Positions 28,733 through 38,554 of a stretch of DNA of 64,000 nt are shown here, in pieces (position 1 is the first letter of the stretch; each line of letters opens with the position of its first letter). The stretch spans positions 8,028 through 72,027 of the forward strand of contig JAHIUS010000001.1 in NCBI GenBank assembly GCA_018816885.1, given 5' to 3'. The position numbers and the translations under genes were made by a program. Origin of the DNA: Patescibacteria group bacterium (GTDB lineage: Bacteria; Patescibacteriota; Gracilibacteria; UBA1369; UBA12470). The notes below the pieces were generated by a model that did no database searches, was not told where the DNA came from, and was given only the letters and a program-made list of their open reading frames with translations.

Positions 28733-31700
28733 TTATTTATCAATTATGATTTCTTCTTCTTCAATGATTTCTTCTCTTCCGTAAGTTTCTTCTTCCTCTT
28801 CTTCAAGAGCTTTTCCTTGTTTGGTTTGCATGAGTTCGACGCTTAGGCCGAGACTTTGCAGCTCTTTTACGAGTACATTGAAACTTTCCGGTGTTCTTGG
28901 TTTTCTGATCGGTTCATCTTTTACTATAGATTCGTAGGCTTTTGCGCGGCCGTATACATCATCGGATTTGATTGTTAGCATTTCCTGAAGTGTGTGAGCT
29001 GCTCCGTAAGCTTCGAGCGCCCATACTTCCATCTCTCCGAATCTTTGTCCTCCATGTTGTGCTTTACCTCCCAGAGGCTGCTGCGTGACGAGAGAGTAAG
29101 GTCCTACCGATCTTGCGTGAATTTTGTCTTCAATCAAGTGGTTCAGTTTCATTATGTATGTAATTCCGACTGTTGTTTCGTGGTCGAAAGGTTCACCGGT
29201 GCGGCCGTCATAAAGCTGAATTTTCCCTGATGCAGGGAGATTGGCTTCATCTAACAGCTCTAAGGTTTGCTTGTTGGTTACGCCATCCAGGGCAGGTGTT
29301 GCGATTTTGAAGCCCAGTTCTTTGGCCGCCCATCCCAGATGGGTTTCCAGGATCTGCCCGATATTCATACGACTGGTTACGCCGAGAGGGTTAAGTATGA
29401 TGTCAACAGGGCGTCCGTCCGGCAAATGAGGCATATCTTCGACAGGTACGATGATGGAGATGACACCTTTGTTGCCGTGTCGTCCCGCTACTTTGTCTCC
29501 GACCGATACTCTTCTTGTTTGTGCGACATTTACTTTGATTTGTTGGTTTACGCCGGTTGGGAGTTCATCGCCTTCTTTTCTGTCAAAAACCTGGATGTTT
29601 ACAACTTTTCCTCCTTCTCCTCCAGGCAGTCTTAATGAGGCGTCTTTTACATCGCGGGCTTTTTCTCCGAAAATCGATCTGAGCAGACGCTCTTCCGCAG
29701 TTAGTTCAGTTTCTCCTTTCGGTGTGATTTTACCTACCAAAATGTCTCCTTCACGAACTGCAGCTCCGATTCGCACAATGCCTTTTTCGTCGAGGTCTTT
29801 CAGTTTTGCTTCACCCACATTCGGGATATCGCGAGTGATAACCTCCGGTCCGAGCTTGGTATCGCGGATGTCGACTGTAAATGTCTCGATGTGTACCGAG
29901 CTGTATGTGTCTTTGTGAACGAGTTTTTCCGATAAAATTACGGCATCTTCGAAGTTGTATCCCTGCCAGCTCATATAGGCTACAAGCAAGTTTTGGCCCA
30001 AAGCGAGTTCGCCGTCTTCCGTTGCCGCTCCGTCCGCGAGGACATCGCCTTTTTTAACTTCCTGACCTTTTACGCAAGTTGCTCTTTGATGGAAGCAGGT
30101 TGCTTGGTTTGATCTTTCGTAAACTCTCAGGTTGTAAGTCTTCTTTTTGCCGTTTGAATACATCACTGTGATTTCGTCGGCGTCTACATAACGGACTGTT
30201 CCGCCCCCTTCGGCCAAGATGACTTGTCCGGAACTTTCAGCCGTGATTTTTTCCATACCCGTTCCTACTACAGGTGAGTGAGGTTTTAAAAGTGGGACAG
30301 CTTGACGCTGCATGTTCGATCCCATCGATGCTCGAGTATTATCGTCGTGCTCAAGAAACGGGATCAAAGATGTTGTTACGGAAATGATCTGTTTCGGGGA
30401 TACGTCGATGTGTGTGAGATCTTTGTGATGTGTAAGGACAGCTTCACTTCCCAGTCGAGAGGCGACACGGTTTTGGGTAAATTCCCCTTTTTCGGTAAGT
30501 TCGGAGTTTGCTTGCGCGATCGCCAGTTCCATTTCGTCTTCGGCATCGTAATATGTAACTTCGTTTGTGACATAAGTTCTTACAGGCACTACCTTGAGAT
30601 CTTTAATTTTCGTTAATTTTTCCGCGATCTCTTTTGTGATTTTGATTCCGGATTTGACGATAGATTTATTCCCGTCCTTAATTTCTCCTGCGGCTGTTCG
30701 GTTGACCAGGTCTTTTATTGTATTTGGACATTCTCTTGAAACTTTTTGAAAAGGAGTTTCGATGAATCCGTATTTGTTGATTTTGGCATAAGTTGCGAGA
30801 TGGACAACAAGTCCGATATTCGGCCCTTCCGGTGTGGCGATAGGACAAATTCTTCCATAGTGAGAGGTGTGTACATCGCGAACATCGAATGATGCTCTTT
30901 CTCTTGATAGTCCACCCGGCCCCATTGCAGACAGACGTCTTTTGTGAGCGAGTTCTGCAAGCGGGTTGGTTTGATCCATGAATTGCGATAGTTGCGAGCT
31001 TGCGTAAAACTCTCTAAGCGCGGCTGTGATCGGTCTTGAGTTGATAAGTTGTGTCGGAGTGATCGCATCCAGTTCCATTACCGTCATTCGATCTTTTGCG
31101 ATACGATCTGTTCTTAGTAGTCCGACTCGGAATTTGTTTTGTACGAGTTCGCCGACTGTTCTGATTCTTCTGTTTGCAAGATGATCGATGTCGTCCGGTT
31201 TTCCATTGCCGTTGTTTAGATTGATTAGGTGGCGGAGGATGAGGATCATGTCCTCTACCTGGAATGTGTGGTATTTTTTATTGTTTGGGGTATCGAGTTC
31301 GAATCTGCGGTTTAGTTTGTAGCGGGCGACTTCTCCCATGTCGTATTTTTTGTAGTCAAAAAACATCGATTCGATAAGTGCTTTTGCGTTTTCCGGTGTC
31401 GCGAGGTCTCCCGGGCGGATTTTCTTGTAGATGCTTTTGTAAGCTTCGTCGACGGTTTTTGCCGTGTCTTTTTGAAGCGTTAGGAAGATGTAGTCGTTTA
31501 TCGGGTCTTTCGTGATGTCTTTGAAAAGATCCATAATTTTTTTATCCGTGTCGTATCCGAAAACTCTGAGCAGGGAAGTAATATGGATTTTGCGTTTGCG
31601 GTCGATTTTTACCGTGATGATACCTTTTTTGTCGGTTTCCACTTCGAGCCATGCGCCTCTTTTTGGAATGATTTTTGCGTTGTGCAGTCCGGGTGCTGCG

Positions 31701-32152
31701 GAATTTTTTGAGAAAAATACTCCCGGTGATCTTACGAGCTGACTAACTACAACTCTTTCGATACCGTTAATAATGAAAGTTCCCGCGTCTGTCATTAGAG
31801 GGATGCTGCCTAAAAAGACATCCTGTTCTTTGATTTCGCCGCTTTCTTTGTTGATAAGTTGTACATGGACTTTTAAAGGGGCTTCGTAGGTTAAGTTTTT
31901 CTCCCTGCATTGTGCCGGTGAGTATTTGGCTTCACCGGTTTCATGATTTAAGAGATGAAGTTCCAATTTTTTACCTGAAAAGTCTGTGATTGGAGAAACC
32001 TCATCGAGAAGTTCGCGAATTCCGTTCTTGAGGAACTCTTCATAGCTGTTGAGTTGAATCTCGATAAGGTTTGGTAGAGGATAAACAAAAGGATCCTCCT
32101 TTAAAAAGACTCTTCCATTTGAGCCTCTTGCGGGTGTTTTTGTGTTAGGCAT
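28733..32152 (-). CDS. rpoB: DNA-directed RNA polymerase subunit beta
   Basis: About 1139 aa from MPNTKTPARG; full beta subunit. Confidence 0.98.
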   Translation of the reverse strand: MPNTKTPARGSNGRVFLKEDPFVYPLPNLIEIQLNSYEEFLKNGIRELLDEVSPITDFSGKKLELHLLNHETGEAKYSPAQCREKNLTYEAPLKVHVQLINKESGEIKEQDVFLGSIPLMTDAGTFIINGIERVVVSQLVRSPGVFFSKNSAAPGLHNAKIIPKRGAWLEVETDKKGIITVKIDRKRKIHITSLLRVFGYDTDKKIMDLFKDITKDPINDYIFLTLQKDTAKTVDEAYKSIYKKIRPGDLATPENAKALIESMFFDYKKYDMGEVARYKLNRRFELDTPNNKKYHTFQVEDMILILRHLINLNNGNGKPDDIDHLANRRIRTVGELVQNKFRVGLLRTDRIAKDRMTVMELDAITPTQLINSRPITAALREFYASSQLSQFMDQTNPLAELAHKRRLSAMGPGGLSRERASFDVRDVHTSHYGRICPIATPEGPNIGLVVHLATYAKINKYGFIETPFQKVSRECPNTIKDLVNRTAAGEIKDGNKSIVKSGIKITKEIAEKLTKIKDLKVVPVRTYVTNEVTYYDAEDEMELAIAQANSELTEKGEFTQNRVASRLGSEAVLTHHKDLTHIDVSPKQIISVTTSLIPFLEHDDNTRASMGSNMQRQAVPLLKPHSPVVGTGMEKITAESSGQVILAEGGGTVRYVDADEITVMYSNGKKKTYNLRVYERSNQATCFHQRATCVKGQEVKKGDVLADGAATEDGELALGQNLLVAYMSWQGYNFEDAVILSEKLVHKDTYSSVHIETFTVDIRDTKLGPEVITRDIPNVGEAKLKDLDEKGIVRIGAAVREGDILVGKITPKGETELTAEERLLRSIFGEKARDVKDASLRLPGGEGGKVVNIQVFDRKEGDELPTGVNQQIKVNVAQTRRVSVGDKVAGRHGNKGVISIIVPVEDMPHLPDGRPVDIILNPLGVTSRMNIGQILETHLGWAAKELGFKIATPALDGVTNKQTLELLDEANLPASGKIQLYDGRTGEPFDHETTVGITYIMKLNHLIEDKIHARSVGPYSLVTQQPLGGKAQHGGQRFGEMEVWALEAYGAAHTLQEMLTIKSDDVYGRAKAYESIVKDEPIRKPRTPESFNVLVKELQSLGLSVELMQTKQGKALEEEEEETYGREEIIEEEEIIIDK

Positions 32153-32271
32153 GTGAATAGTTGTTAGTTGTAAGTGAGTGTGGAGTTTCAAGCACCCAGT
32201 GCCAAGTGAGTGGGGTTTCGCCTGGTGGCGAAACGGCTTGATTGGTAGTGGAGTCGCTTTCGCGGCCAGGC

Positions 32272-32310
32272 AATAAAAAACAGTAAAAGCATGGTTTGTT
32301 TGCTTTTACT
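32272..32310 (-). terminator. Intrinsic terminator or attenuator in the rpoB upstream region
   Basis: Minus-sense AGTAAAAGCA, 9-nt loop, TGCTTTTACT, followed by GTTTTTTATT. Confidence 0.6.
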
Positions 32311-32366
32311 ATCTTCAATAACTCATCCGGTGCCCTCTTCAGGGGCGTTCTGATAGTACCGCGAGG

Positions 32367-32394
32367 ATTATAAGGTGCGTTACCTGAAAGTCAA
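32367..32394 (-). promoter_or_regulatory. Near-consensus promoter immediately after the TIM-barrel gene stop
   Basis: Minus-sense TTGACT, 16 nt, TATAAT. Confidence 0.55.
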
Positions 32395-32401
32395 GCGGTT
32401 T

Positions 32402-33148
32402 TTACGCTTTCGCAAATTTTTCTATAAATTCTTTGGATTCTTTCAGGAGTTTAAACATTTCTGCCCGGTCTCTTACCTTTAGATAGTTCGGTTTGATTTT
32501 AATGGATAATGCTCCTTTGAATCCGTCTGATGCCAGTTTGCTGATGAAGCTTTCCAGAGGGAGGTTTCCTTTTGTTAGAACTTGGTAGCCTTTGTTTCTG
32601 TAAAAGTTGGAAATGTGTACATGGACGAGGAATTTTTGAAGGCTTCCATATGCGTACATGAGGTCCTCTTTCTTCTCGGCGACCCTGGCTGTATCGAGGC
32701 AAGCGTGTTTGAATCTTTTGAGTTCCGACAGATTGTTCATTGCTCTCTCCGGAATGAATCCGAGCCACATTTTGTTTGGGGCGTTTTCGAGTGCTATTGA
32801 GATGTTTTCTTTTTTTCTGATGTTTGGAACCTCTTTTTTGAGCCAGGCCGCATATTTTCTGTCTAAAATTTTCGGTGGTTGGATCACTATAACTTTTGCA
32901 TTTACTTTTTTGGCCATTGTTACCGCTTCTTCGAGGTCTTTTTCTTTTGCATTGTCCAGAGCCTGAACAGCCAGGACGGGTATTTCAGTGGTTGATGAAA
33001 GTTTGGCGATATATTCCGGGTCCAGTGTGTCCAGGTCATTTTTGTCGAGTACGAGGTCGATTCCGTCAAACCCGAGCTCTTTGGCAAACTCGAAAATACG
33101 GTTGAGGCCGTAGCCTTTTAATGAGTCTGTAGTCAGGGTGATTTTCAT
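32402..33148 (-). CDS. Sugar phosphate isomerase/epimerase-like TIM-barrel protein (xylose isomerase-like fold)
   Basis: 248 aa; general resemblance to AP endonuclease 2 / xylose isomerase-like TIM barrels. No search done. Confidence 0.55.
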   Translation of the reverse strand: MKITLTTDSLKGYGLNRIFEFAKELGFDGIDLVLDKNDLDTLDPEYIAKLSSTTEIPVLAVQALDNAKEKDLEEAVTMAKKVNAKVIVIQPPKILDRKYAAWLKKEVPNIRKKENISIALENAPNKMWLGFIPERAMNNLSELKRFKHACLDTARVAEKKEDLMYAYGSLQKFLVHVHISNFYRNKGYQVLTKGNLPLESFISKLASDGFKGALSIKIKPNYLKVRDRAEMFKLLKESKEFIEKFAKA

Positions 33149-33244
33149 TTTTGGTGTTTGTTAGGGCATGGGGCATTGGGCATGTGGCACTGCGAGCCTC
33201 TGCGGGGTTCCGCTGTGCGGAACGGTTTCATTGTAGTTGATTTT

Positions 33245-34546
33245 TTATCTTGGATCTATTGTTTTTTTGTTGCCCATGTATTTCTGCAGGACTTCCGGGA
33301 CCGCTATTGAGCCGTCTTTTTGCTGGTAGATTTCCAGGATTGGGATTAGGACTCTCGGTGATGCTATGCAGGTGTTGTTCAATGTGTAGCAGAATTTGAT
33401 TTTGCCTTCATTGTCTTTATATCTTAGGTTTAATCTTCTGGCTTGAAAGTCCAAGAAGTTCGAACATGAATGGGTTTCGCCGTAAGATTCTCTGCTTGGC
33501 ATCCAAGTTTCTATGTCGTTTTTGTAATATTGGCCTTGTCCCATGTCTCCGGTGCAGACTGCGACAACGCGGTAGGGGAGATTCAAGTCTTGCAGAACTT
33601 CTTCGGCGTTTTTCAGGAGTAAATCATGCATTTCTTGGCTTTTTTCCATGTTTGCTTCACACACGATTACTTGTTCGATTTTTTGGAATTGATGGACGCG
33701 GTAAAGGCCGTGTGTGTCTTTCCCGTAAGTTCCGGCTTCACGGCGGTAACAGGTTGACCATCCGCAAGATTTTAAAGGTAAATCTTCCTGCGAAAGAATT
33801 TCGTCCGAGCGGTATGAGGTCAGGGCTACTTCGGCTGTTCCGGCCAGGTATTTGTTGTCAGATTCCACTCCTTCTCCTCGTACTCTTTCTACTCCGACTG
33901 CATAGGCTTGTTCTTCGCCACCCGGGAAGTAAGAGGTTCCCATCATCGGCTGATAATTGACGATGTTTGGGACGATCATTGGGGTGAAGCCTTTTTCTAT
34001 GAGTTTGTCCCAGGTGTACATGAGGAGGGCAACTTCGAGCTGGGCTCCTTCGTTTTTCAGGTAATATGAGCGGGTTCCGGCGACTTTTGCGCCTCTTGGC
34101 ATGTCGACAAGGTCGCATTTTTCCGCCAGGGTGACGTGGTCGAGAGGCTGAAAGTCGAATTTCGGTAGTTCTCCCCAGGTTCTTAGCTCGACATTTTCGG
34201 TATCGTCTTTTCCTTCGGGTGTCTCTTTCGATTGCGGGGTTGGAACCAGTAAAGCCAGGCTTAAGAATTCCGCTTCGAGTTCTTGCAGTTTTGGGATGAG
34301 CTTTTTCTCTTCTTCGGAGACTTTTTGCATCTCTGCGATTGCGGATTTTTTCTCTTCGCCGTCTAATTGCGCGATTTTTTCCGATGCTTTGTTCTTTTCC
34401 GCTTTTAAAGCTTCCACTTGTTTGAGGATTTCTCGTTTTTCTTCATCTATTTGCAAAAGTTTATCGACGTCGAGTTTTATTCCTTTCTGCTTGCAGGTTT
34501 TTTTGATTAAATCGGGGTTTTCGCGGATTAGTTTGGGATCTAACAT
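33245..34546 (-). CDS. serS: Seryl-tRNA synthetase
   Basis: Start trimmed to MLDPKLIRENP; coiled-coil N-arm and class II core. Confidence 0.95.
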   Translation of the reverse strand: MLDPKLIRENPDLIKKTCKQKGIKLDVDKLLQIDEEKREILKQVEALKAEKNKASEKIAQLDGEEKKSAIAEMQKVSEEEKKLIPKLQELEAEFLSLALLVPTPQSKETPEGKDDTENVELRTWGELPKFDFQPLDHVTLAEKCDLVDMPRGAKVAGTRSYYLKNEGAQLEVALLMYTWDKLIEKGFTPMIVPNIVNYQPMMGTSYFPGGEEQAYAVGVERVRGEGVESDNKYLAGTAEVALTSYRSDEILSQEDLPLKSCGWSTCYRREAGTYGKDTHGLYRVHQFQKIEQVIVCEANMEKSQEMHDLLLKNAEEVLQDLNLPYRVVAVCTGDMGQGQYYKNDIETWMPSRESYGETHSCSNFLDFQARRLNLRYKDNEGKIKFCYTLNNTCIASPRVLIPILEIYQQKDGSIAVPEVLQKYMGNKKTIDPR

Positions 34547-34655
34547 AATGATAGGGTTTAGTAGGGCATGGGGCATTGGGCATTGTAGCTGAAAGTTTGC
34601 TTGAGTAAAAGATGGAGGCGTGTTTTAATTGGGATCTTTTTTAAAAAAAATAATT

Positions 34656-35303
34656 ATGAGTTTAGAAGAAAATGAATTGGGACTTGCAGAGAAATTGGTC
34701 GCTTCTTATAAGAGGAATAAAGCGATAGTTGAGTTATCCCGGAAATCTCTTTCGGCTGAAGGGAAAAGACTTTTTTACTTGCTAGATGTTGCAGGTTCAA
34801 ATATTGATAACGATGCGAGCTTATTATCATGGATTGTTGATCATTTGGAGCATTTTGCTGATCCCAATAGGTTTGACATACGAATGCTTGAAGAGGCTTA
34901 CGTTGTTTTGTCTCAGATGCCTTGTACTGAGTCGGTTGCTGATTTACTGAGAGGCGTTATTTTATGTCGTCATGGTCTTGTTCGGCTGGGAATTTTGGAA
35001 GATGGTGATGATGTGGAAATCATTGGTTGGAATCCTGAGGTTGGTCATCGTATTATGATTAAGTCCGGCCAGTTTTTAAGAACTGTTGATATAGAGTTAG
35101 TTCGAGGTGGTTATGCTTTTTTCAGCTTACCCAATGGTTTGGCCAGAATCCCTATTGAGAATTTAATGCTTCGTAAAAACTTGCAGTTACCAGGAGGCGT
35201 ATCAGTTGGTCCCGGATGGGAAATTGCGAATCAAGAAAAGGTTCGATGGCTTGGGGAAGAGGAGACTGCGCGGCTTGCGGATGAGGGGATTATCTTTGAG
35301 TAA
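34656..35303 (+). CDS. Hypothetical protein
   Basis: 215 aa from MSLEENELG; A-rich leader typical of plus-strand genes here; no family recognised. Confidence 0.55.
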   Translation: MSLEENELGLAEKLVASYKRNKAIVELSRKSLSAEGKRLFYLLDVAGSNIDNDASLLSWIVDHLEHFADPNRFDIRMLEEAYVVLSQMPCTESVADLLRGVILCRHGLVRLGILEDGDDVEIIGWNPEVGHRIMIKSGQFLRTVDIELVRGGYAFFSLPNGLARIPIENLMLRKNLQLPGGVSVGPGWEIANQEKVRWLGEEETARLADEGIIFE

Positions 35304-35805
35304 TCTGTTGGAATTTTTGGAGATCTATAGTCTCTAGCGTGTTTGGTTTTTTCCCTTTTCCCTTGGGGTTAATTTCGAAACCTAGGGTTCTCATAAAAAT
35401 TCTTATTTGTTCACCTGTTAGGTTGAGTTCTTTGCCGATATTTATTATTGAGTCTGCAGTTTTTTGGCTGCTTGGGTTTTCAAAAAAAGATTCACTTAAT
35501 AAATGAAGTTCCGGCATCTTGTCTCTTATTTTCACAACTAATTCGACTAGTGGGTGGTCGCGGTTTTGAGCGATTAAAGAGGCTGTTTCTATGTAGTAGG
35601 AGTCTAATTGTTCGAGACTGTTACGAATAGCTCTGTATAGTTCAGATATGTCATCTTCCTTTACTTTTTCGATTCGGCCGTCTGTATAGAGGCTTTGTAC
35701 AAAAACTATATTATTGAAAATTTGATCACTTACTGCTGCAAATCCCCATCGATATAATCCTCGTATGAGGTCTTTATCGGATTCTTGGCGGGGTGTGTTC
35801 TCCAT
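35290..35805 (-). CDS. Hypothetical protein, paralogous C-terminus with ORF 35837-36343
   Basis: 171 aa; C-terminal HTH-like segment and tail ...QQITQR. Confidence 0.55.
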   Translation of the reverse strand: MENTPRQESDKDLIRGLYRWGFAAVSDQIFNNIVFVQSLYTDGRIEKVKEDDISELYRAIRNSLEQLDSYYIETASLIAQNRDHPLVELVVKIRDKMPELHLLSESFFENPSSQKTADSIINIGKELNLTGEQIRIFMRTLGFEINPKGKGKKPNTLETIDLQKFQQITQR

Positions 35806-35836
35806 GAAGATTTGTATAAAGGCAGGTATAAAGGGG

Positions 35837-36343
35837 TTATCGCTTAGTAATCTGAGTAACCCAAGTTTTTAGTGGGTCGCGGGTTTTTCCCTGTTTTTCC
35901 ATGGCTTTGTCTAAGGCGCGAGGGCTGTCTCCCATTTTATCTGCTATTGCGGACTGTTTTGTTTCTGTGCAGATGGCGATCCAGTTGCCGATGTTTCTTT
36001 CGAGTACATCTGGATGTAGTCCCCAAAGTTCTTCGAGGATTTTTTTGGCTTTTTCGTGTCTTGATTGTCTTTCCGGTGAGGTTTCCCGAGGTGTAAAGGC
36101 TCCGGTTCCAGTATTTCTTTGCATTTGCCAGCTTGATGGGTTAGGCGGCATATCTTCTATTCTGGCGAGTTTATGAACGGGTTGTTTTCTTGCGAAAGCT
36201 TTTTTGAGTGCTCTGCCAGCTGTGTTAATTGTGTCCATAATTGTACTGCTTTGGCGGTTGTTTGCTTCTTCATGAACTGTTCTGGCGTATTCATATGGGG
36301 TTAAGTCGCCGTCTGGGTCAACTTCTGTTTCGTATGTTGGCAT
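35837..36343 (-). CDS. Hypothetical protein, paralogous C-terminus with ORF 35290-35805
   Basis: 168 aa; tail ...TQITKR. The 3-prime DNA ends of the two genes align (ttatc.nt.agtaatctg). Confidence 0.55.
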   Translation of the reverse strand: MPTYETEVDPDGDLTPYEYARTVHEEANNRQSSTIMDTINTAGRALKKAFARKQPVHKLARIEDMPPNPSSWQMQRNTGTGAFTPRETSPERQSRHEKAKKILEELWGLHPDVLERNIGNWIAICTETKQSAIADKMGDSPRALDKAMEKQGKTRDPLKTWVTQITKR

Positions 36344-36380
36344 AGGTGTTGATAGTTAATAATTGGCTTTATTATGCCAT

Positions 36381-36423
36381 CAAACGAGAAAAAGTCACGA
36401 AAATCCCCGGGGATTTTCGTGAC
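36381..36423 (-). terminator. Strong intrinsic terminator after dnaK
   Basis: Perfect 15-bp-arm palindrome GTCACGAAAATCCCC/GGGGATTTTCGTGAC followed in minus sense by TTTTTCTCGTTT. Confidence 0.8.
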
Positions 36424-36449
36424 AATTGTTTGCAATTATTGCGCGATAG

Positions 36450-38387
36450 CTATTCTTTTTTCTCCTCGTCTTCTTCAACTACTTCTCCTTCAACAACGTC
36501 CTCTTTTTCTTCCTCGTCTTTTTCGTAGACGCGGACATCTTCGTCGTCTTCAGGCTTCGCACCTGGAGCGCCTGCGGCTTCGTACATTGCGGCTCCGACT
36601 TTTTGGATTAGTTCTGATAGGGCGTCGGAAGCTTCTTTGATTTTTCCATTCTCGGCATTTTCGTCTTCGAGAAGTTTTTTGAGTTCGTCGATTTTTTCTT
36701 GGATTGGCTTTTTGGTGTCTTCGTCGACTTTGTCTCCGGCGTCTTTGAGAGTGCGCTCACAGGTTGAGATTAGCCCTTCGGCGTTGATGCGGGTTTCGAC
36801 TTTCTCTTTCTTTTTCTTGTCTTCGTCGGCGTGGATTTCGGCCTCTTTTCTGAGTTTTTCCACCTCTTCATCGGACATTCCGCTAGATCCGGTTATTGTG
36901 ATGTGTTGTACTTTGTTGGTTCCTTTGTCGAGAGCTTTTACATTCAGGATTCCGTTAGCGTCGATGTCGAATGTTACTTCGATTTGCGGGACTCCGCGCG
37001 GTGCGGGTGGGATTCCATCCAGGATGAATCTGCCGAGCGATTTATTGTCGGCGGCCATTGGTCTTTCTCCTTGAAGTACATGAATTTCTACCGATGGTTG
37101 GTTGGCTGCTGCTGTTGAAAAAACTTGGGATTTGCTTGTTGGGATTGTCGAATTTCTTTCGATAAGAGGTGTCCTGACAGCTCCCATTGTTTCTATCCCC
37201 AGGGTTAAAGGTGTGACATCGAGAAGGAGGACTCCTTTAACATCTCCTTGTAAAACTCCACCTTGAATTGCGGCTCCGAGAGCTACAACTTCGTCGGGGT
37301 TGAGTCCGCTGTGCGGTTCTTTTCCGAAAATTTCTTCAACTTTCTTTTGTACACAAGGCATTCTGGTCATTCCTCCTACCAAAATGATTTCGTCCAGGTC
37401 TGATGAGTAGGTTTTGGCGTCGTCCATGGCTTTTCTGCAAGGGTCCATTGTTTTTTCCAGAAGGTCTGCGATTAAATCTTCAAGTTTTGAGCGGCTTAGT
37501 TTTAGGTTTAAGTGCTTAGGCCCGGATGCGTCCGCTGTTATAAATGGCAGGTTGATGTCTGTTTCGTGGGTTGATGAAAGCTCGATCTTGGCTTTTTCCG
37601 CGGCTTCTTTTAGCCTTTGAAGAGCCATTTTGTCTTTTGTCAGGTCGATCCCTTGATCTTTTTTGAACTCTTTAACCAGCCAGTCGATAATTTTTTCATC
37701 AAAATCATCACCTCCGAGTTGAGTATCGCCATTGGTCGAAAGGACTTCGAATTGCTTCTCGCCGTCGACATCGGCAAGTTCGAGGATGGAGACATCAAAA
37801 GTCCCTCCTCCGAGATCGAATACGGCAACTTTTTTGTCTTCTCCTTTTTTGTCCAGTCCGTATGCGAGTGCAGCGGCTGTTGGTTCGTTGATGATTCTTT
37901 TAACCTCAAGTCCGGCGATTTTCCCGGCGTCTTTGGTGGCTTGGCGTTGTGCGTCGTTGAAGTAGGCGGGGACGGTGATGACAGCTTCCGTAACGGGTTC
38001 ATCGAGGTATTTTTCCGCGTCTGCTTTGAGTTTCTGGAGAATCATTGCGGCGATTTCCGCCGGTCTGTGCTGTTTGCCGTTTAGGACGATTTCCACCTCT
38101 TTGTTTTTGCCTTCAGCTGTTTTGAAAGGCATTCGGTCACAGTCTTTTTTTGCTTCTTTATAGGTGTGGCCGATGAATCTTTTGGCCGAGAAAATTGTGT
38201 TCTCGGGATTGGTGACGGATTGACGCTTGGCGATTATTCCGACAAGGCGTTCTTTATCTTTCATCGCGACTATTGAAGGCGTGGTTCTTTGACCTTCAGA
38301 GTTTGTGATAACTGTTGGTTCGCCTCCTTCCATTACTGCAACGCAGCAGTTTGTGGTTCCGAGGTCGATTCCGATGATTCTAGACAT
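36450..38387 (-). CDS. dnaK: Chaperone DnaK (Hsp70)
   Basis: 645 aa, [17 protein letters not shown]. Confidence 0.98.
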   Translation of the reverse strand: MSRIIGIDLGTTNCCVAVMEGGEPTVITNSEGQRTTPSIVAMKDKERLVGIIAKRQSVTNPENTIFSAKRFIGHTYKEAKKDCDRMPFKTAEGKNKEVEIVLNGKQHRPAEIAAMILQKLKADAEKYLDEPVTEAVITVPAYFNDAQRQATKDAGKIAGLEVKRIINEPTAAALAYGLDKKGEDKKVAVFDLGGGTFDVSILELADVDGEKQFEVLSTNGDTQLGGDDFDEKIIDWLVKEFKKDQGIDLTKDKMALQRLKEAAEKAKIELSSTHETDINLPFITADASGPKHLNLKLSRSKLEDLIADLLEKTMDPCRKAMDDAKTYSSDLDEIILVGGMTRMPCVQKKVEEIFGKEPHSGLNPDEVVALGAAIQGGVLQGDVKGVLLLDVTPLTLGIETMGAVRTPLIERNSTIPTSKSQVFSTAAANQPSVEIHVLQGERPMAADNKSLGRFILDGIPPAPRGVPQIEVTFDIDANGILNVKALDKGTNKVQHITITGSSGMSDEEVEKLRKEAEIHADEDKKKKEKVETRINAEGLISTCERTLKDAGDKVDEDTKKPIQEKIDELKKLLEDENAENGKIKEASDALSELIQKVGAAMYEAAGAPGAKPEDDEDVRVYEKDEEEKEDVVEGEVVEEDEEKKE

Positions 38388-38513
38388 GTTAGTGTGTAGT
38401 TAAGTAGTAAAGTAGTGAAGTAGTATGTGGTGTTTTGCCTGGCGGCAAAACGGCTTTTTGTAGTTTTTTGGCGCGGGAATCGCTTCGCTTTCTCGCGCTG
38501 TTGTAGGTTAAAC

Positions 38514-38540
38514 TTAGCACGCGACATTATAGAGTGCTAA
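38514..38540. promoter_or_regulatory. CIRCE operator (HrcA binding site)
   Basis: TTAGCACGC, N9, GAGTGCTAA versus consensus TTAGCACTC-N9-GAGTGCTAA (17 of 18). Confidence 0.85.
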
Positions 38541-38554
38541 TTTGTAAGGGTCAA
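38526..38554 (-). promoter_or_regulatory. dnaK promoter overlapped by CIRCE
   Basis: Minus-sense TTGACC, 17 nt, TATAAT. The -35 overlaps the stop codon of the upstream gene. Confidence 0.7.

Noticed and set aside
32176-32212. Sigma-54 promoter (TGGCAC...TGCT in minus sense) upstream of rpoB
   Set aside because: The GG-to-GC spacing is two nt shorter than the TGGCACG-N4-TTGC consensus. The sequence is part of the recurring CACTGGGCACTTGG leader word.
35990-36060. J-domain in ORF 35837-36343 (KAKKILEELWGLHPDV), a possible DnaJ substitute downstream of dnaK
   Set aside because: The spacing between the basic helix and HPD is off by two residues, and no helix I or helix III similarity is visible. 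A strong terminator also separates the gene from dnaK. The HPD tripeptide is likely coincidental.
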